Shown here piece by piece: positions 25,187 through 35,059 of a stretch of 64,000 bases of DNA. The position numbers and the translations under genes were made by a program. The stretch lies in IMG/VR virus record IMGVR_UViG_3300045988_183727. One strand, given 5' to 3'. The notes beneath the pieces were generated by a model. The model ran no database searches. It saw nothing but the letters and a program-made list of their open reading frames with translations, and had not been told where the DNA came from. The first letter of the stretch is position 1. Each line of letters begins with the position of its first letter. Source of the DNA: a virus.

Positions 25187-27409
25187 TTAGACCTTCAACC
25201 GCTTCTTGACGATTTTGACCATTGCCTTGGGGAAGGTGGACAGGTCAGTAATGTCAAGGAACTGGTCGCCGTAAATCTTCTTGAGGTACTCTTTGTCGTC
25301 GCCAATAGCTGCTGCGACAATCTCAACACCGCGCCGGCGATTGCGGGCTACGATGTCTTTGATGTCCTTCGCCGCAGAATCTCCACCATAGGAATCATCA
25401 TTCGGCTTACCATCCGAAATGATAATGAGGAGCTTCGTGCGCTCAGGTCTCGCATTCAGCAGGTTCGCAACGACCTCCAGTGCTGCACCGTCACGGTTAC
25501 AGCCGCCAGTGGAGAGCTTGGCAAGACGGTACTTGTCACGCTTACCGGCCTTCAGGAAGTCTGTGTAGACGAACAGGTTGACCCTACCATGCATGGTCAC
25601 ATTGTGACCGTACACAGCGACAGGAACATGAACACGCTCTGCAAAGTCATGCAGGAGCATGGTAGCCTTCATAGCGGCGCCCATGCGCTGTCCGTACATC
25701 GAGCCAGACTGGTCAACCAGCACGGAAACTGCCATATCGGGCAGGTCCTGCGGCAACTTTGTGTCGCTGAAGAACCGGCAATCCGGACGCCACATTTCGC
25801 TTGCAACGATATCTCTACCGTACATTCGGTTTCTGCGGACATCGCCGTCCTGCAGGTCCTTCAACTCCTGCTGCATCAACTTTGCCAGACGCTTGGAATA
25901 CTGCGACACATCCTCCATCATTTCACCGTAGAGCTTGATGTTGGAAGGTGTTACTTCAACCTCGCGTTTGACGTCGATGCTATGGCCCTTGTGCGTAGAG
26001 CTACGGTCCATGATGTCAACATCAGCGATGATTTGAGACTTCAAATCCTGCTCCATCTGTGCTTCGGCCATGTTTCCGGCAACGGAGGAAATAATGGTCT
26101 GCAGGACATTCGCCAACATACTGTCGGCTTGCTCCTGCTTTCCGTTTTTATCCTGTCCATCGCCGCTCTTGCCGGCCACAGCAGCGGGGATGTTGCCCTT
26201 ATTGGCATCATTCCCGCCGGAACCACTACCGCTGTCGTTTTTCTTACCCTTCTTCTTGTCGGCAGACTGGGCATCCTTGGTAGCTTGCTTGGCTACGTTG
26301 GATGCCTTCTGGTTCTGAGGCATCTGAGAACCACCTCCATTCTGTGCGCCCTGAGCAATTTGCTGGAGCACCTGCTGAATGGCATTGGCGCTGGGCTGGG
26401 AGATACCTCCGCCGCCCTGCTGGTTCTGACTGCCTTGACCACCGCTGGAAGCGGGCTGTCCTTGCTGCCCGCCCTGACCGTTCTGGTCGGAGCCGGACTG
26501 CTGACCTTGCCCCTGCTGGCCTTGGCCTGCCTGAGAGCTCTGCTGCTTGTCACACTTCTCAATCGCGTCCTTAATGTAAGGCCACATAAAGAGAAGCATC
26601 ACATTGATTTGGGAATACAGCTCCTTCGGGTTATCCGTGTTGGTGGCAAGCTCAATGGTCTGCGAGATGTCTGTCAGCTTTTTGGCGTACTCATTGGTAT
26701 AGAGCGTCTGCTCATCCGCAACGAGAATTTCACCAAATCGTGCGAACTGGAGAACGAGGCTTGTCATAATAGACAGCGGCTCCTTCTTGTTGTTCGTATA
26801 GCCTTCCAGCGTGTGAAGCTGCCCCTGAAGGGAAGATGCTGCCATCTCAATACCACGAGCGACAATGCCGCCGTAGTAGTCGCTCATACGTTCCTCGTCG
26901 TGTGCGTCGATGATGCAGTTGACGAGTTCGTCTCGCAGCGACTTGAACACCTTGCGGTATTCAGGATGCTTCAGCGCCTCCTTCATCTCATCCAGCTCTG
27001 TCTCATCGTCCGGTTCAGGCATCCGTCCATAGAGTGTGCCGTTCTCTTCCAGTTCCTTGTCTGCCAGCGCATCGGCGCGAAAGTCGTGGAATCGGATGTG
27101 GGCCAACTCGTGATAGACAATACCCATGACCGTTGCGAATCGGGAGGAGGGGAGCTTATACCATGTGATGACACTGTTTGCCGTATTCTGACAAAGACTA
27201 TTCCCGTCAGTACAGGCGGTGATGTCGGATTTGGGGTTATGCATCAGAGAAACGGAGATGTGCTTGTCAAGGTCTTTCGTCATCGAATCGACCGTTGCCT
27301 GCACATGACTCCGAAACGCTTCACTGGTGTAGATGTCAGCATCTGTGAGTTTTTCGCTCATTTCCTTGGCGCCTACGCGGATTTGCCTCCAGATAGATTT
27401 CTGGTCCAT
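25187..27409 (-). CDS. CobT-like VWA-domain protein with an N-terminal HExxH motif and a Q/G-rich linker
   Basis: C-terminal MIDAS motif VLVDQSGSM...GGCNRDGAAL...IIISDGKPND. N-terminal YHELAHIRF. Low-complexity GQGQQGQGQQSGSDQNGQGGQQGQ. Confidence 0.8.
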   Translation of the reverse strand: MDQKSIWRQIRVGAKEMSEKLTDADIYTSEAFRSHVQATVDSMTKDLDKHISVSLMHNPKSDITACTDGNSLCQNTANSVITWYKLPSSRFATVMGIVYHELAHIRFHDFRADALADKELEENGTLYGRMPEPDDETELDEMKEALKHPEYRKVFKSLRDELVNCIIDAHDEERMSDYYGGIVARGIEMAASSLQGQLHTLEGYTNNKKEPLSIMTSLVLQFARFGEILVADEQTLYTNEYAKKLTDISQTIELATNTDNPKELYSQINVMLLFMWPYIKDAIEKCDKQQSSQAGQGQQGQGQQSGSDQNGQGGQQGQPASSGGQGSQNQQGGGGISQPSANAIQQVLQQIAQGAQNGGGSQMPQNQKASNVAKQATKDAQSADKKKGKKNDSGSGSGGNDANKGNIPAAVAGKSGDGQDKNGKQEQADSMLANVLQTIISSVAGNMAEAQMEQDLKSQIIADVDIMDRSSTHKGHSIDVKREVEVTPSNIKLYGEMMEDVSQYSKRLAKLMQQELKDLQDGDVRRNRMYGRDIVASEMWRPDCRFFSDTKLPQDLPDMAVSVLVDQSGSMYGQRMGAAMKATMLLHDFAERVHVPVAVYGHNVTMHGRVNLFVYTDFLKAGKRDKYRLAKLSTGGCNRDGAALEVVANLLNARPERTKLLIIISDGKPNDDSYGGDSAAKDIKDIVARNRRRGVEIVAAAIGDDKEYLKKIYGDQFLDITDLSTFPKAMVKIVKKRLKV

Positions 27410-27426
27410 GCGTCAACTCTCCTTTC

Positions 27427-27846
27427 TTACTTTTTCCGGTTCTTGAAAATTTCAACGGTAAATTCAAGGCAGAAGTCTGCCACCTGCAGGCGGTCGGTGG
27501 AATCTCCGGTAAAAATCGGACTGATTCCGTTTGCTGCCGCCATCCGGTTAATGACATTGCAGCTATTGCAAGCAACGTCATGGTAGCATTTACGGAGCCT
27601 GTCGATGGTCTGCAATGCGTCGCGGAGGTCTTCGCCCTCAAGACGGTTGTGAGCAATGATGATGCGGGTCTCACCCATATCAACTGTGTTCACATAGTCG
27701 AGGAAGGCAGAGCATCGCTCTTCAAGGCTCTCAAGCAGCTTATCTGCATTGGGAATACCCTTCTTGACGCATTCGCCGACCTTGGCGCAGAGCGCGTTGT
27801 AATTTTCACGATTGAAAAAGTTGATGTTGTTATAGTTCTGAGTCAT
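27427..27846 (-). CDS. Hypothetical protein (139 aa)
   Basis: The internal ATG at 27846 follows aaggagaaaaaaacacc. The upstream part of the track ORF crosses a hairpin. Confidence 0.65.
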   Translation of the reverse strand: MTQNYNNINFFNRENYNALCAKVGECVKKGIPNADKLLESLEERCSAFLDYVNTVDMGETRIIIAHNRLEGEDLRDALQTIDRLRKCYHDVACNSCNVINRMAAANGISPIFTGDSTDRLQVADFCLEFTVEIFKNRKK

Positions 27847-27922
27847 GGTGTTTTTTTCTCCTTTCTTTCTTATCCGAAAAGAAAGAAAAGAGGCACCATG
27901 CCTCTTTTCTCCTTTCGGACCC

Positions 27923-29788
27923 TTATGCCACCTTGCTGATGACTTGTGCTGCGTTGGAACGAATTTCGTTCTGTTCAACGGGGTCGTTCGTGCATTTCGA
28001 GATGAGGCACGTGTCAATATACTTTTCAAGATTCGCCAGATAGCGGTCATCACACTGCACGCAGCACACGAGGGATTCGAGCTCACAGATGGTGCAAGAA
28101 CCCTCGGTGATTTCCTTGTCCGCACAGTAGCTGCGAATCTGCTCGTACACATCGTAGAGCGCGTACAGGGTTCTGTCATCGCGACTCCAGCCGGTGTTGT
28201 ATTTGATGCGCTCCAGCATGGCTTTCTTCTCGATTTCCGTACTGTCGAAAATCATGCGGCAGCGACGGAGAACCGACTGGTCAATGGGACGGCAGGAAGC
28301 ATATCCGACGTTATCTGTGAATACCACAACGGCGTCCTTCTGCCGATAGGTAAATCCACCATCTACCAGAGGAATCATAGCTCCCGGCAAATCGTACTGG
28401 TTCAGCGCGACCATAACACCGGAATCCTTGATTCGGCTGACCTCCTGAATCTCGCAGATGTATCCGCGAGAAACAGCCTTCACAAAAGCGGATTCAACCA
28501 CTTTCACGGGGGAAGTGCAGCCGGCACGTGCAACCAACAGCTCGGAATACTTTGCAAAGCACTCCTCGGAGGTAATGCCCGTGCCATCTTCTCCTGTCAT
28601 GTTGTTCCACGCGGATTCGGGGTCGAAGGAAATTTCCTCAAAGGAGGGGAGTTCTCCTCGTGCCGCATCCACAGGATTGCAGGGAACGAACTCGGAAATC
28701 AAGTCCTTTGCCAACATATCAGTATGACAGGTCAGCTCCAAACGGGGGGTGTGCAGGATGCACGCCAACACCTTCGTACCGGTAGACTTGCCGTAACCGG
28801 TAATGCCGCGCCACAGGAAGTTGCGGAACGGAACGCGCATATTAGACGTTGCGACGATTTTATCTGCGATTTCGATTACCTCCGGCTGGACCTTGAAGTC
28901 GTCGTCAAAGGTGGGAATCAGCAGTTCTTCGTCTTGCGTCCACGTATGTGTTTTTGTCCATGCAGCATATCTGAGTTTGGCATCCTTCACGGTCATGCTC
29001 TTTTCAGACGAGCCGGTGCTTGAGGCCATGGTTCCACCGATAATGGTCGGGGAGCCAACGATGACGGTGCCATTAAAGGCTCCACTGTTTACCTTCTGCC
29101 GGGTCAGGGTATCCAGATTGCCGTTCTGGATGTTGAGAGGGATTTTTCCGTCTTCACAACCGTAGTAGAGAATGTCGCTGAATGTGTAGAGGAAGTCTCT
29201 TGCATCAGGAATCTCATCCATATGGTTGCCCCAGTCGGCGGGGTACTTGGCACTCAGGTCAAGGATGTCCGTCTGTACCTGCTTGAGCTCCACATTGTTT
29301 GCGACAACAGCCAGTTCAGGTGCGCCGTAATACGTTGCGAGGGTGAACGGGGTCATCGCAAGGAGAGCACCGCTCAGGTCGAGAGTGTCCGACTCCGAGC
29401 CAATAGACGGGGTTCCCGCCCACTGTCCGGAAGGTGCCGCTGACGCAGCCGCCAGCTTACCTACTGCCGGCGCATTCGTTTGAATGACCGTCTTGTAGGT
29501 GAAAAGATACGTCCTCGATTCCGTGGCGTCTCGATATTCCGCGCTCCACAGGTTATCAGAAACCTGCAAAAGAGCGTAGTCATCGACAAAATTGGGAATT
29601 CCCAGATACGCCAAAAGAGCTCTGGTCGCATAGTTGTGAAGGGTAGAATACCCCTTTGCAGAGGGGCGCTTGGGAGCACTCCATTTGGACACCGTACTTG
29701 TGTTTCTATTGGGAAGCGAGTTCAGCCCGTACGGAAGGGTGCTGATATCGAACCCTTTCTTCCCTCGGAAGAGTACACAGTTTGCCAT
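27923..29788 (-). CDS. AAA+ ATPase (CobS/MoxR/AAA_5-like), partner of the VWA protein
   Basis: Walker A RGITGYGKSTG, Walker B YICEIQE. The ~330-aa N-terminal domain is unknown. Confidence 0.75.
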   Translation of the reverse strand: MANCVLFRGKKGFDISTLPYGLNSLPNRNTSTVSKWSAPKRPSAKGYSTLHNYATRALLAYLGIPNFVDDYALLQVSDNLWSAEYRDATESRTYLFTYKTVIQTNAPAVGKLAAASAAPSGQWAGTPSIGSESDTLDLSGALLAMTPFTLATYYGAPELAVVANNVELKQVQTDILDLSAKYPADWGNHMDEIPDARDFLYTFSDILYYGCEDGKIPLNIQNGNLDTLTRQKVNSGAFNGTVIVGSPTIIGGTMASSTGSSEKSMTVKDAKLRYAAWTKTHTWTQDEELLIPTFDDDFKVQPEVIEIADKIVATSNMRVPFRNFLWRGITGYGKSTGTKVLACILHTPRLELTCHTDMLAKDLISEFVPCNPVDAARGELPSFEEISFDPESAWNNMTGEDGTGITSEECFAKYSELLVARAGCTSPVKVVESAFVKAVSRGYICEIQEVSRIKDSGVMVALNQYDLPGAMIPLVDGGFTYRQKDAVVVFTDNVGYASCRPIDQSVLRRCRMIFDSTEIEKKAMLERIKYNTGWSRDDRTLYALYDVYEQIRSYCADKEITEGSCTICELESLVCCVQCDDRYLANLEKYIDTCLISKCTNDPVEQNEIRSNAAQVISKVA

Positions 29789-29855
29789 GATGTTTTCTCC
29801 TTTCTCCCAGCCTGTGATAAGGACTTACGGGAAACCAAAATAAAATGTATATATA

Positions 29856-29992
29856 GAAAAAGACAATCACTGCCCGAAAAGGGAAGTGATTGTCTGAATT
29901 TATGATGTGACTTGAAAAACGGAGATAAAACTCCTTATAAAAATATCTTCGTAATTATACTATTATACTACCACGTTTCGCTATTTTGTCAA
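29856..29992 (-). promoter_or_regulatory. Promoter-leader-terminator cassette 1
   Basis: Minus strand: TTGACA (29992-29987), 16 nt, TAGTAT (29970-29965), then TATAAT-like (29959-29954), GGAG-n6-CTCC GTTTTT, and the terminator AGACAATCACTTCCC/GGGCAGTGATTGTCT + T5 (29895-29856). Confidence 0.75.
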
Positions 29993-30004
29993 CAGCAGCA
30001 ACGT

Positions 30005-30035
30005 AAAAAAAGAAGCTCCCGAAGGAGCTTCTTTT
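30005..30035. terminator. Bidirectional terminator ending the upstream (-) operon
   Basis: A6 agaagctcc cgaa ggagcttct TTT. Confidence 0.75.
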
Positions 30036-30061
30036 GAAATTTAGTTTTTTTTATCTTGCTT

Positions 30062-30703
30062 TTAGCATTCCCTTTTAACCATGCGCTCCTGATACTCCTT
30101 CAGAACCCTTTGGCCGCACCCATCAGCGTCGTTGCGATAATCCAAGGAAAACGCTGCGAAGGCGTCTCGCAGTACGGCGGCGCTTCTGGAAATGGTCTGG
30201 AGCAGTTCATCTTCCTGATGGCTCATTGCGGAGAGCGTGTTGTCGAAATCATCATGGTACTGAGCCGTCCAAGCGGTCGTAAATGTACCATCATCATCCC
30301 AAATCCACAAAGGGTCATTATGCTGCCCTTTTGCCTTGTAGAGTATATCCGTGCAATGTGACACATGGACGATATACTCGCACAGCGCAAAGTACAACTC
30401 GTGGTACGCTTTGATGGATTTCTGCTTACTCTCACAGTCGCTGTGGAACAGAATACCGGAAATCAGGAGATGGGCGTAGTTCTGTTCAACGAAGCCGTAT
30501 AACTCAGCCAGTTCGCGCTTCCGCAGAACCAGTTCCGCCGCGTCTTGCGGCAGGTCAGACAGCTTCGGACGAACCTGTAAGGACGCACCCATCCCGACGA
30601 TTGCGGCAATGGCTTCAGCCGCTTTCTCATAGCGGTTGATATACAGAATGGTCTCTCTTATCTTCGGTATAACAAAATGGCGAATGTCGGAAGTATCCAG
30701 CAT
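30062..30703 (-). CDS. Hypothetical protein (213 aa)
   Basis: The internal ATG at 30703 follows aaggagggacaaacgaaa. The track N-terminal extension overlaps the upstream gene. Confidence 0.65.
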   Translation of the reverse strand: MLDTSDIRHFVIPKIRETILYINRYEKAAEAIAAIVGMGASLQVRPKLSDLPQDAAELVLRKRELAELYGFVEQNYAHLLISGILFHSDCESKQKSIKAYHELYFALCEYIVHVSHCTDILYKAKGQHNDPLWIWDDDGTFTTAWTAQYHDDFDNTLSAMSHQEDELLQTISRSAAVLRDAFAAFSLDYRNDADGCGQRVLKEYQERMVKREC

Positions 30704-30728
30704 TTTCGTTTGTCCCTCCTTTCGTGGC

Positions 30729-31775
30729 TTAAATGGCGCAAGTAAATGTGTCATTGCAGCCAGACTTTTCCGTCTCTTTTTCCCATGCCTCAGTAATCTT
30801 GTTGCTGGGAGCGCCGGATGCCTTCTTCCATACAATAGCATCACCGCTGACTTCCAGCGCATCATCGCAAAAGACAAGCGAATTAAAGGTATGCTCGTCT
30901 TCATAGAGTGCCAAATGCATCGGGTTCAGCATGACTGCGCCTTCCGTCAGCAGCATACGGGCCCAGAGCTGGTATTCAAGCGACCAGCGGGACGTTTCTG
31001 TCGGCAGGTCGCCATACAGCTCGTCCAGCTTTCGCAGGATGGAGGCGCAAATCACGCAGCCTGCGGGAGTTCCGTGATGCGTACCGAGATACGGCAGCTT
31101 GGCGAAGAATAGGGGACTCTCAGCATACTCGTCTTCCGCATAGGCGTAAAACGTTAGCTCCATGTCCGCTGCTGCGAAGAACCGGTCGGGAAGGATATCC
31201 TTCACTTTACAGTTGCTCCAGACAACATCATCCGAAAGGAATCTGAAGCCAAGAGGCTCCGTCCTATCAGGTGTGAGGTACTTCCGTGCCATATGTCGGA
31301 CGAGGGCAACGAAACCCAGCTCATGCCGCAGCGTCGGCACATCGTCAAAGATTCTGTGAATGTTTGCCCACAGCTTCTCTTCGCTTCGTTCCACGCACTC
31401 GAAAAAGAGTTTGCAGGACGACCCGTGTGTGAAAGCGACACTCAGGGTCACGAGCCAAGGTGCGAAATCATCAGGCTTCAGAACATACTCTTTCTGCCCA
31501 GTACAGGCGACCGGCACAAACCAACCACCCGCACGAGCTTCGCTATACGAAGCGTCCTCCGCAGCATAGGCGGTTGTTCTGAAGGCATCGTCGGTGTCCT
31601 TATCAGGAATATCAATGGCATCGCCCTTGCAGATATACTTGAAGGGGACATACATTTCCACCTCTCTAATGCCGTCGCCATCTGCATCATCCGTATCACG
31701 GCAGTAACGCACGATATGGACCAATACGTTCTCGTCGCAATGCAGCTTTCGCTTGTTCGAAATCAGATTATCCAT
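30729..31775 (-). CDS. Hypothetical protein, paralogue of 31793-32830
   Basis: ATG at 31775 follows AAAGGAGAA; the track TTG lies inside the RBS. Both paralogues contain the FFAKLP motif and share a near-identical EYQLWARMLL(T/A)EGAVMLNP block. Confidence 0.7.
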   Translation of the reverse strand: MDNLISNKRKLHCDENVLVHIVRYCRDTDDADGDGIREVEMYVPFKYICKGDAIDIPDKDTDDAFRTTAYAAEDASYSEARAGGWFVPVACTGQKEYVLKPDDFAPWLVTLSVAFTHGSSCKLFFECVERSEEKLWANIHRIFDDVPTLRHELGFVALVRHMARKYLTPDRTEPLGFRFLSDDVVWSNCKVKDILPDRFFAAADMELTFYAYAEDEYAESPLFFAKLPYLGTHHGTPAGCVICASILRKLDELYGDLPTETSRWSLEYQLWARMLLTEGAVMLNPMHLALYEDEHTFNSLVFCDDALEVSGDAIVWKKASGAPSNKITEAWEKETEKSGCNDTFTCAI

Positions 31776-31792
31776 GTTTTCTCCTTTCAACG

Positions 31793-32830
31793 TCAGCCAG
31801 TTACGATGCAGGTAAAAGCCTCATCGCCGGACTCACTCATGTCATTCTCCCACGCCTCGGCGATTACGCTGATAGGTGTTTTGACAGCCTTTGCCCACGC
31901 AATACCGTCACCGCTGTCTTTCAGCATTTTATTACCGAAAGCCAGCGTTTTGAATTCGTAGGCGCAGTCGGGGAGGTCGAGGTGCTTCGGATTCAGCATG
32001 ACCGCACCTTCTGCCAGCAGCATACGAGCCCAAAGCTGATACTCCAGAGCCCATTTTGTTGTGTCTTCAGGCAGGTCGCCGTACATCTCATCCAGCTTCT
32101 GCAGCAGTTCTGCGATTGCAGCACGTCCCTCAGGCTTGTTGTACCGTTCGCCCAAATCGGGCAGTTTGGCAAAGAACAGGGGGGACGCTGAATACTCGCC
32201 GTCGGAATAGGCGAAGAACGTCAGCTCCATGGCAGGGGAATTGAAGAACTTCTCAGAGAGAATGTCCTTCACACCGCACTGGGTGAAGTTTACGCTGTCC
32301 GAAATGAGGCGGAAGCCGAACTGCTCCGTCCACTCGCGGGTAAGGTCTCTCTTCGCCATGGCCGCAACCGTGTCAGAATGCCGCCCGCAGGTGTTTTCCG
32401 GAGCCACACGCGGCTCGAATCTCGCCCGCATATTGTTGACGATAGCTTCAGTATCGTTGAGGACACTCTCAAAAAGCAGCCGGCAGCCGCGCCAATCTCC
32501 TTCGTCGGTGACGGAAAGGCTGATGATATAGGGCGCAAAATCTGCAGGATGGAGAATCAATACCGTCTTGCCAGCATCCTCAGTGACCTTAACAGACCAG
32601 CCGCACTCATTCCCGTATCGCTCGTCCTTCTCGAAAGAAGCATTTGTGAGAACGGAAAAGTGCAGTTCGTGACCGTCGCTGAAGACGCTCACAGAATCGC
32701 TCTTGCGGATGTCCTTGAAAGGAACGAATGTGGTCTCGAATCTGTCGTGCTTAGGGTTGTTGCGGGAGACCTTAACCAGCGTGTTCTCGTCGCAGAAAGC
32801 TGCGGCGGCTTTGATAGATACATTGTTCAT
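31793..32830 (-). CDS. Hypothetical protein, paralogue of 30729-31775
   Basis: The internal ATG at 32830 follows aaaggagaaaaat. Collinear similarity to the downstream gene. Confidence 0.7.
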   Translation of the reverse strand: MNNVSIKAAAAFCDENTLVKVSRNNPKHDRFETTFVPFKDIRKSDSVSVFSDGHELHFSVLTNASFEKDERYGNECGWSVKVTEDAGKTVLILHPADFAPYIISLSVTDEGDWRGCRLLFESVLNDTEAIVNNMRARFEPRVAPENTCGRHSDTVAAMAKRDLTREWTEQFGFRLISDSVNFTQCGVKDILSEKFFNSPAMELTFFAYSDGEYSASPLFFAKLPDLGERYNKPEGRAAIAELLQKLDEMYGDLPEDTTKWALEYQLWARMLLAEGAVMLNPKHLDLPDCAYEFKTLAFGNKMLKDSGDGIAWAKAVKTPISVIAEAWENDMSESGDEAFTCIVTG

Positions 32831-32895
32831 ATTTTTCTCCTTTCTTTTTTGGGAAAGCAGGGGAGAGGCAGAGTGCCTCTCCCGCTGGCTTTGAT

Positions 32896-33063
32896 TTAAC
32901 CGGTTATGACCGCCACAATAACCAAAACAATGGTGAGCGCAATAGTACCAAAGGCAGCCGGAAGCATTTCTGGCTGGTCTGATTTTTTTGCGGCTATGAC
33001 TGAGACGACCATTGCGGCGATGATGAGAACGACATAGGCTATAAACAAGGGGTTCGTCAGCAT
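32896..33063 (-). CDS. Small two-TM membrane protein (55 aa)
   Basis: MLTNPLFIAYVVLIIAAMVVSVIAAKK...IALTIVLVIVAVITG. Confidence 0.5.
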   Translation of the reverse strand: MLTNPLFIAYVVLIIAAMVVSVIAAKKSDQPEMLPAAFGTIALTIVLVIVAVITG

Positions 33064-33083
33064 TTTGAACACGTCCTTCTCCG

Positions 33084-33245
33084 TTAATACCACCGAACAA
33101 GTGCGAACAGTTCCACCATAATAACGCCCACAGAAACGCTGCAGACGATTGGCGGCAAGAGGTCCTGTGTGTCCAGTCTCCTTATGCCAAGGAATATGCC
33201 GCACATCACGAGAATGGTCAGAGCGAAGTAAAGAATAATCGACAT
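33084..33245 (-). CDS. Small two-TM membrane protein (53 aa)
   Basis: MSIILYFALTILVMCGIFLGIRR...VSVGVIMVELFALVRWY. Confidence 0.5.
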   Translation of the reverse strand: MSIILYFALTILVMCGIFLGIRRLDTQDLLPPIVCSVSVGVIMVELFALVRWY

Positions 33246-33250
33246 TAGAG

Positions 33251-33892
33251 TTACTCCACCTCGCTCTTTTCCAGCTCGGAAAGGTTGTCGCATTCAAATC
33301 CGCAGGTCATGCAGTGATATGGACCGTAGGGGTCAGACGACTCGTAGATGTTAGATTCGATTTCGTCGTTGATATTTCCGAGGAAATCTCCCGTTTCGAT
33401 GTCAACCAACACATCAATGTGGAGGACCTGATGACCAGAGAAAGATACGCCACCACAGTTGGGGCAGCAGCGGGTATACACCTTCTGCTCCCGCTCTGAT
33501 GCACCAGATTCGATGTCTTCAAACGCTTCGGCGAGTGTGAGAAGCATCTCATTGATTTCCTTGGCGTCCTCGACAAGCACTGACAGTTTCGGAACGCCTG
33601 ACGTGCCCTTTACGGAAGCCTCCGCAAACAGAGCGACGTGCTCGTCAACGTCGAAGTCCTCGTAGACGCGGCGCACAGCAGCGGCTACTCCATCGCCGAA
33701 ATCATCGTCGGCGTACAGGTCGAAGGAGTAGTCCTCGCCGGCAGGCGACCCCTGTCTGAACGTGAACACACCACAGACCTTGTCCTCGTCGATGACCCAG
33801 CCCAACGCTTCTGCCTTTTCGCGGTAGTTGGCCGGAAGCAGGTCAGGAACACTGGTCTGGACCTCCGCAGCGTTTTTTTGGTTATTCTCCAT
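33251..33892 (-). CDS. Hypothetical acidic protein with a C-terminal zinc ribbon (213 aa)
   Basis: The internal ATG at 33892 follows aaaggagaaaatc. Contains CCPNCGG...CMTCGFEC. Confidence 0.65.
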   Translation of the reverse strand: MENNQKNAAEVQTSVPDLLPANYREKAEALGWVIDEDKVCGVFTFRQGSPAGEDYSFDLYADDDFGDGVAAAVRRVYEDFDVDEHVALFAEASVKGTSGVPKLSVLVEDAKEINEMLLTLAEAFEDIESGASEREQKVYTRCCPNCGGVSFSGHQVLHIDVLVDIETGDFLGNINDEIESNIYESSDPYGPYHCMTCGFECDNLSELEKSEVE

Positions 33893-33914
33893 GATTTTCT
33901 CCTTTCTTTTTTCG

Positions 33915-34694
33915 TTAGGCTTCGGCGCCGAACACCTTTTTGCAGATAGAGTGAATAGCCACGAACTGTTCCTGAAGCTGTGCCGGCACAAGGGAGATGG
34001 AGAGACCGGCATCACGCCATACACTATGGCCTGCGAATGCTTTGTCCCACAGTTCTCCACGTTCGTGCTGGGCCTCCAAGAGCCTCTCATAGCGTTCTTC
34101 TTCCGTCTTTGCAGCGCCAATGTACTGCCGTGTGTACTCGTTGAAGTCTGAAATATTCATCTCCGTCTGGTCGGTGTACTCAAAGCGGGGATATTGGGAG
34201 TCGATGAAAGGGGCCGCTTCTCTGGTGAGATTGAACCCTTTCATGTAGGTACTGCCATTATCGCCCCTGAGGAACAGCAGTGACGCCTGCCAATCACGGG
34301 AGACGATTTCGTAGATTTCAGTGATAACGTCGAGCAGATTTCTCTTCTGCTCTACTGTCAATGAAATCTTCCGTTTCTGCGCCTCCTTCTGCAGAATCTG
34401 TTCCGCAGAGCTTTTGGCGCTATCCGTCATCGTAAAAGACGGCGTCCAGTCGTACATCAGAACACACTTATGGACGACGTTTGCGGCGATTGAAGCAAAA
34501 ACAGGTCTGAGCTCCTCAATATCCTCTACAGACTTCTTGGCGAAGATGATGGCGAGCTGGCAGAAATCGAGCGAGTTGTAGACAGCGTCCACAAAGGACT
34601 TCTGCTGCACTTCCCGAATCTCACTGCCGAGCTTGACCAACTCCCCGATGTCGGTAGAGTTGATGCGCCAAGCATCAAAGATTTTTGTGCTCAT
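33915..34694 (-). CDS. Hypothetical protein (259 aa)
   Basis: ATG at 34694 overlaps the upstream stop (ATGA). RBS aaggaagg. Confidence 0.65.
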   Translation of the reverse strand: MSTKIFDAWRINSTDIGELVKLGSEIREVQQKSFVDAVYNSLDFCQLAIIFAKKSVEDIEELRPVFASIAANVVHKCVLMYDWTPSFTMTDSAKSSAEQILQKEAQKRKISLTVEQKRNLLDVITEIYEIVSRDWQASLLFLRGDNGSTYMKGFNLTREAAPFIDSQYPRFEYTDQTEMNISDFNEYTRQYIGAAKTEEERYERLLEAQHERGELWDKAFAGHSVWRDAGLSISLVPAQLQEQFVAIHSICKKVFGAEA

Positions 34695-35059
34695 TTCAGG
34701 CACCCGCCTTCCTTGAGAATGTCCATGACCTTCTCCAACACGGTCAACGGGGCGTTGAAGCCGAAGTCGCCAACGGCTCTGCGAAGAGCCATGAGCAATT
34801 CCGCCTGCCGGTGATAGTCCTTGGCAGCCTGTTCCGTCTGATACAGCCGGTAATCTGTACTCCAGTACATGGAGTTTTGCTGGAAGTAGGGATTTCTGTT
34901 CGCATCTTCGGAAGGAGCCTTGTAGTATCGACAGTCTCTATTGTCTGTCAGCCACTTGGTTCCAACCTTGACCGTGACCTCATCCACCACCTTTCCGTGC
35001 CGCCGTTCGGCATTACTACCGATAATAGGTACGCGGTAGAGTCTCATCTCAGTGGCCAT
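34691..35059 (-). CDS. Hypothetical protein, tandem paralogue Y2 (122 aa)
   Basis: About 75% identical to the N-terminal 105 aa of 35049-35501. Confidence 0.65.
   Translation of the reverse strand: MATEMRLYRVPIIGSNAERRHGKVVDEVTVKVGTKWLTDNRDCRYYKAPSEDANRNPYFQQNSMYWSTDYRLYQTEQAAKDYHRQAELLMALRRAVGDFGFNAPLTVLEKVMDILKEGGCLK

Noticed and set aside
25181-27586. 801-aa + strand ORF antisense to the VWA gene (similarly 27845-29023 antisense to the AAA+ gene, 18627-19592 antisense to flotillin, 48999-49865 antisense to the TnpB-like gene, 54757-56178 antisense to the sortase-like gene and iscB)
   Set aside because: There are no RBSs or recognisable motifs, and the sequences are Leu/Arg/Gly-rich as expected for antisense frames. 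The opposite-strand genes have strong family signatures.
31776-31790. N-terminal extensions in the ORF track that begin with TTG/GTG shown as M (e.g. 31790, 25150, 24620, 63789, 20242, 52198, 11340)
   Set aside because: The alternative start lies inside or immediately next to the Shine-Dalgarno sequence (for example TTG-AAAGGAGAA-ATG). The downstream ATG with proper spacing was preferred.
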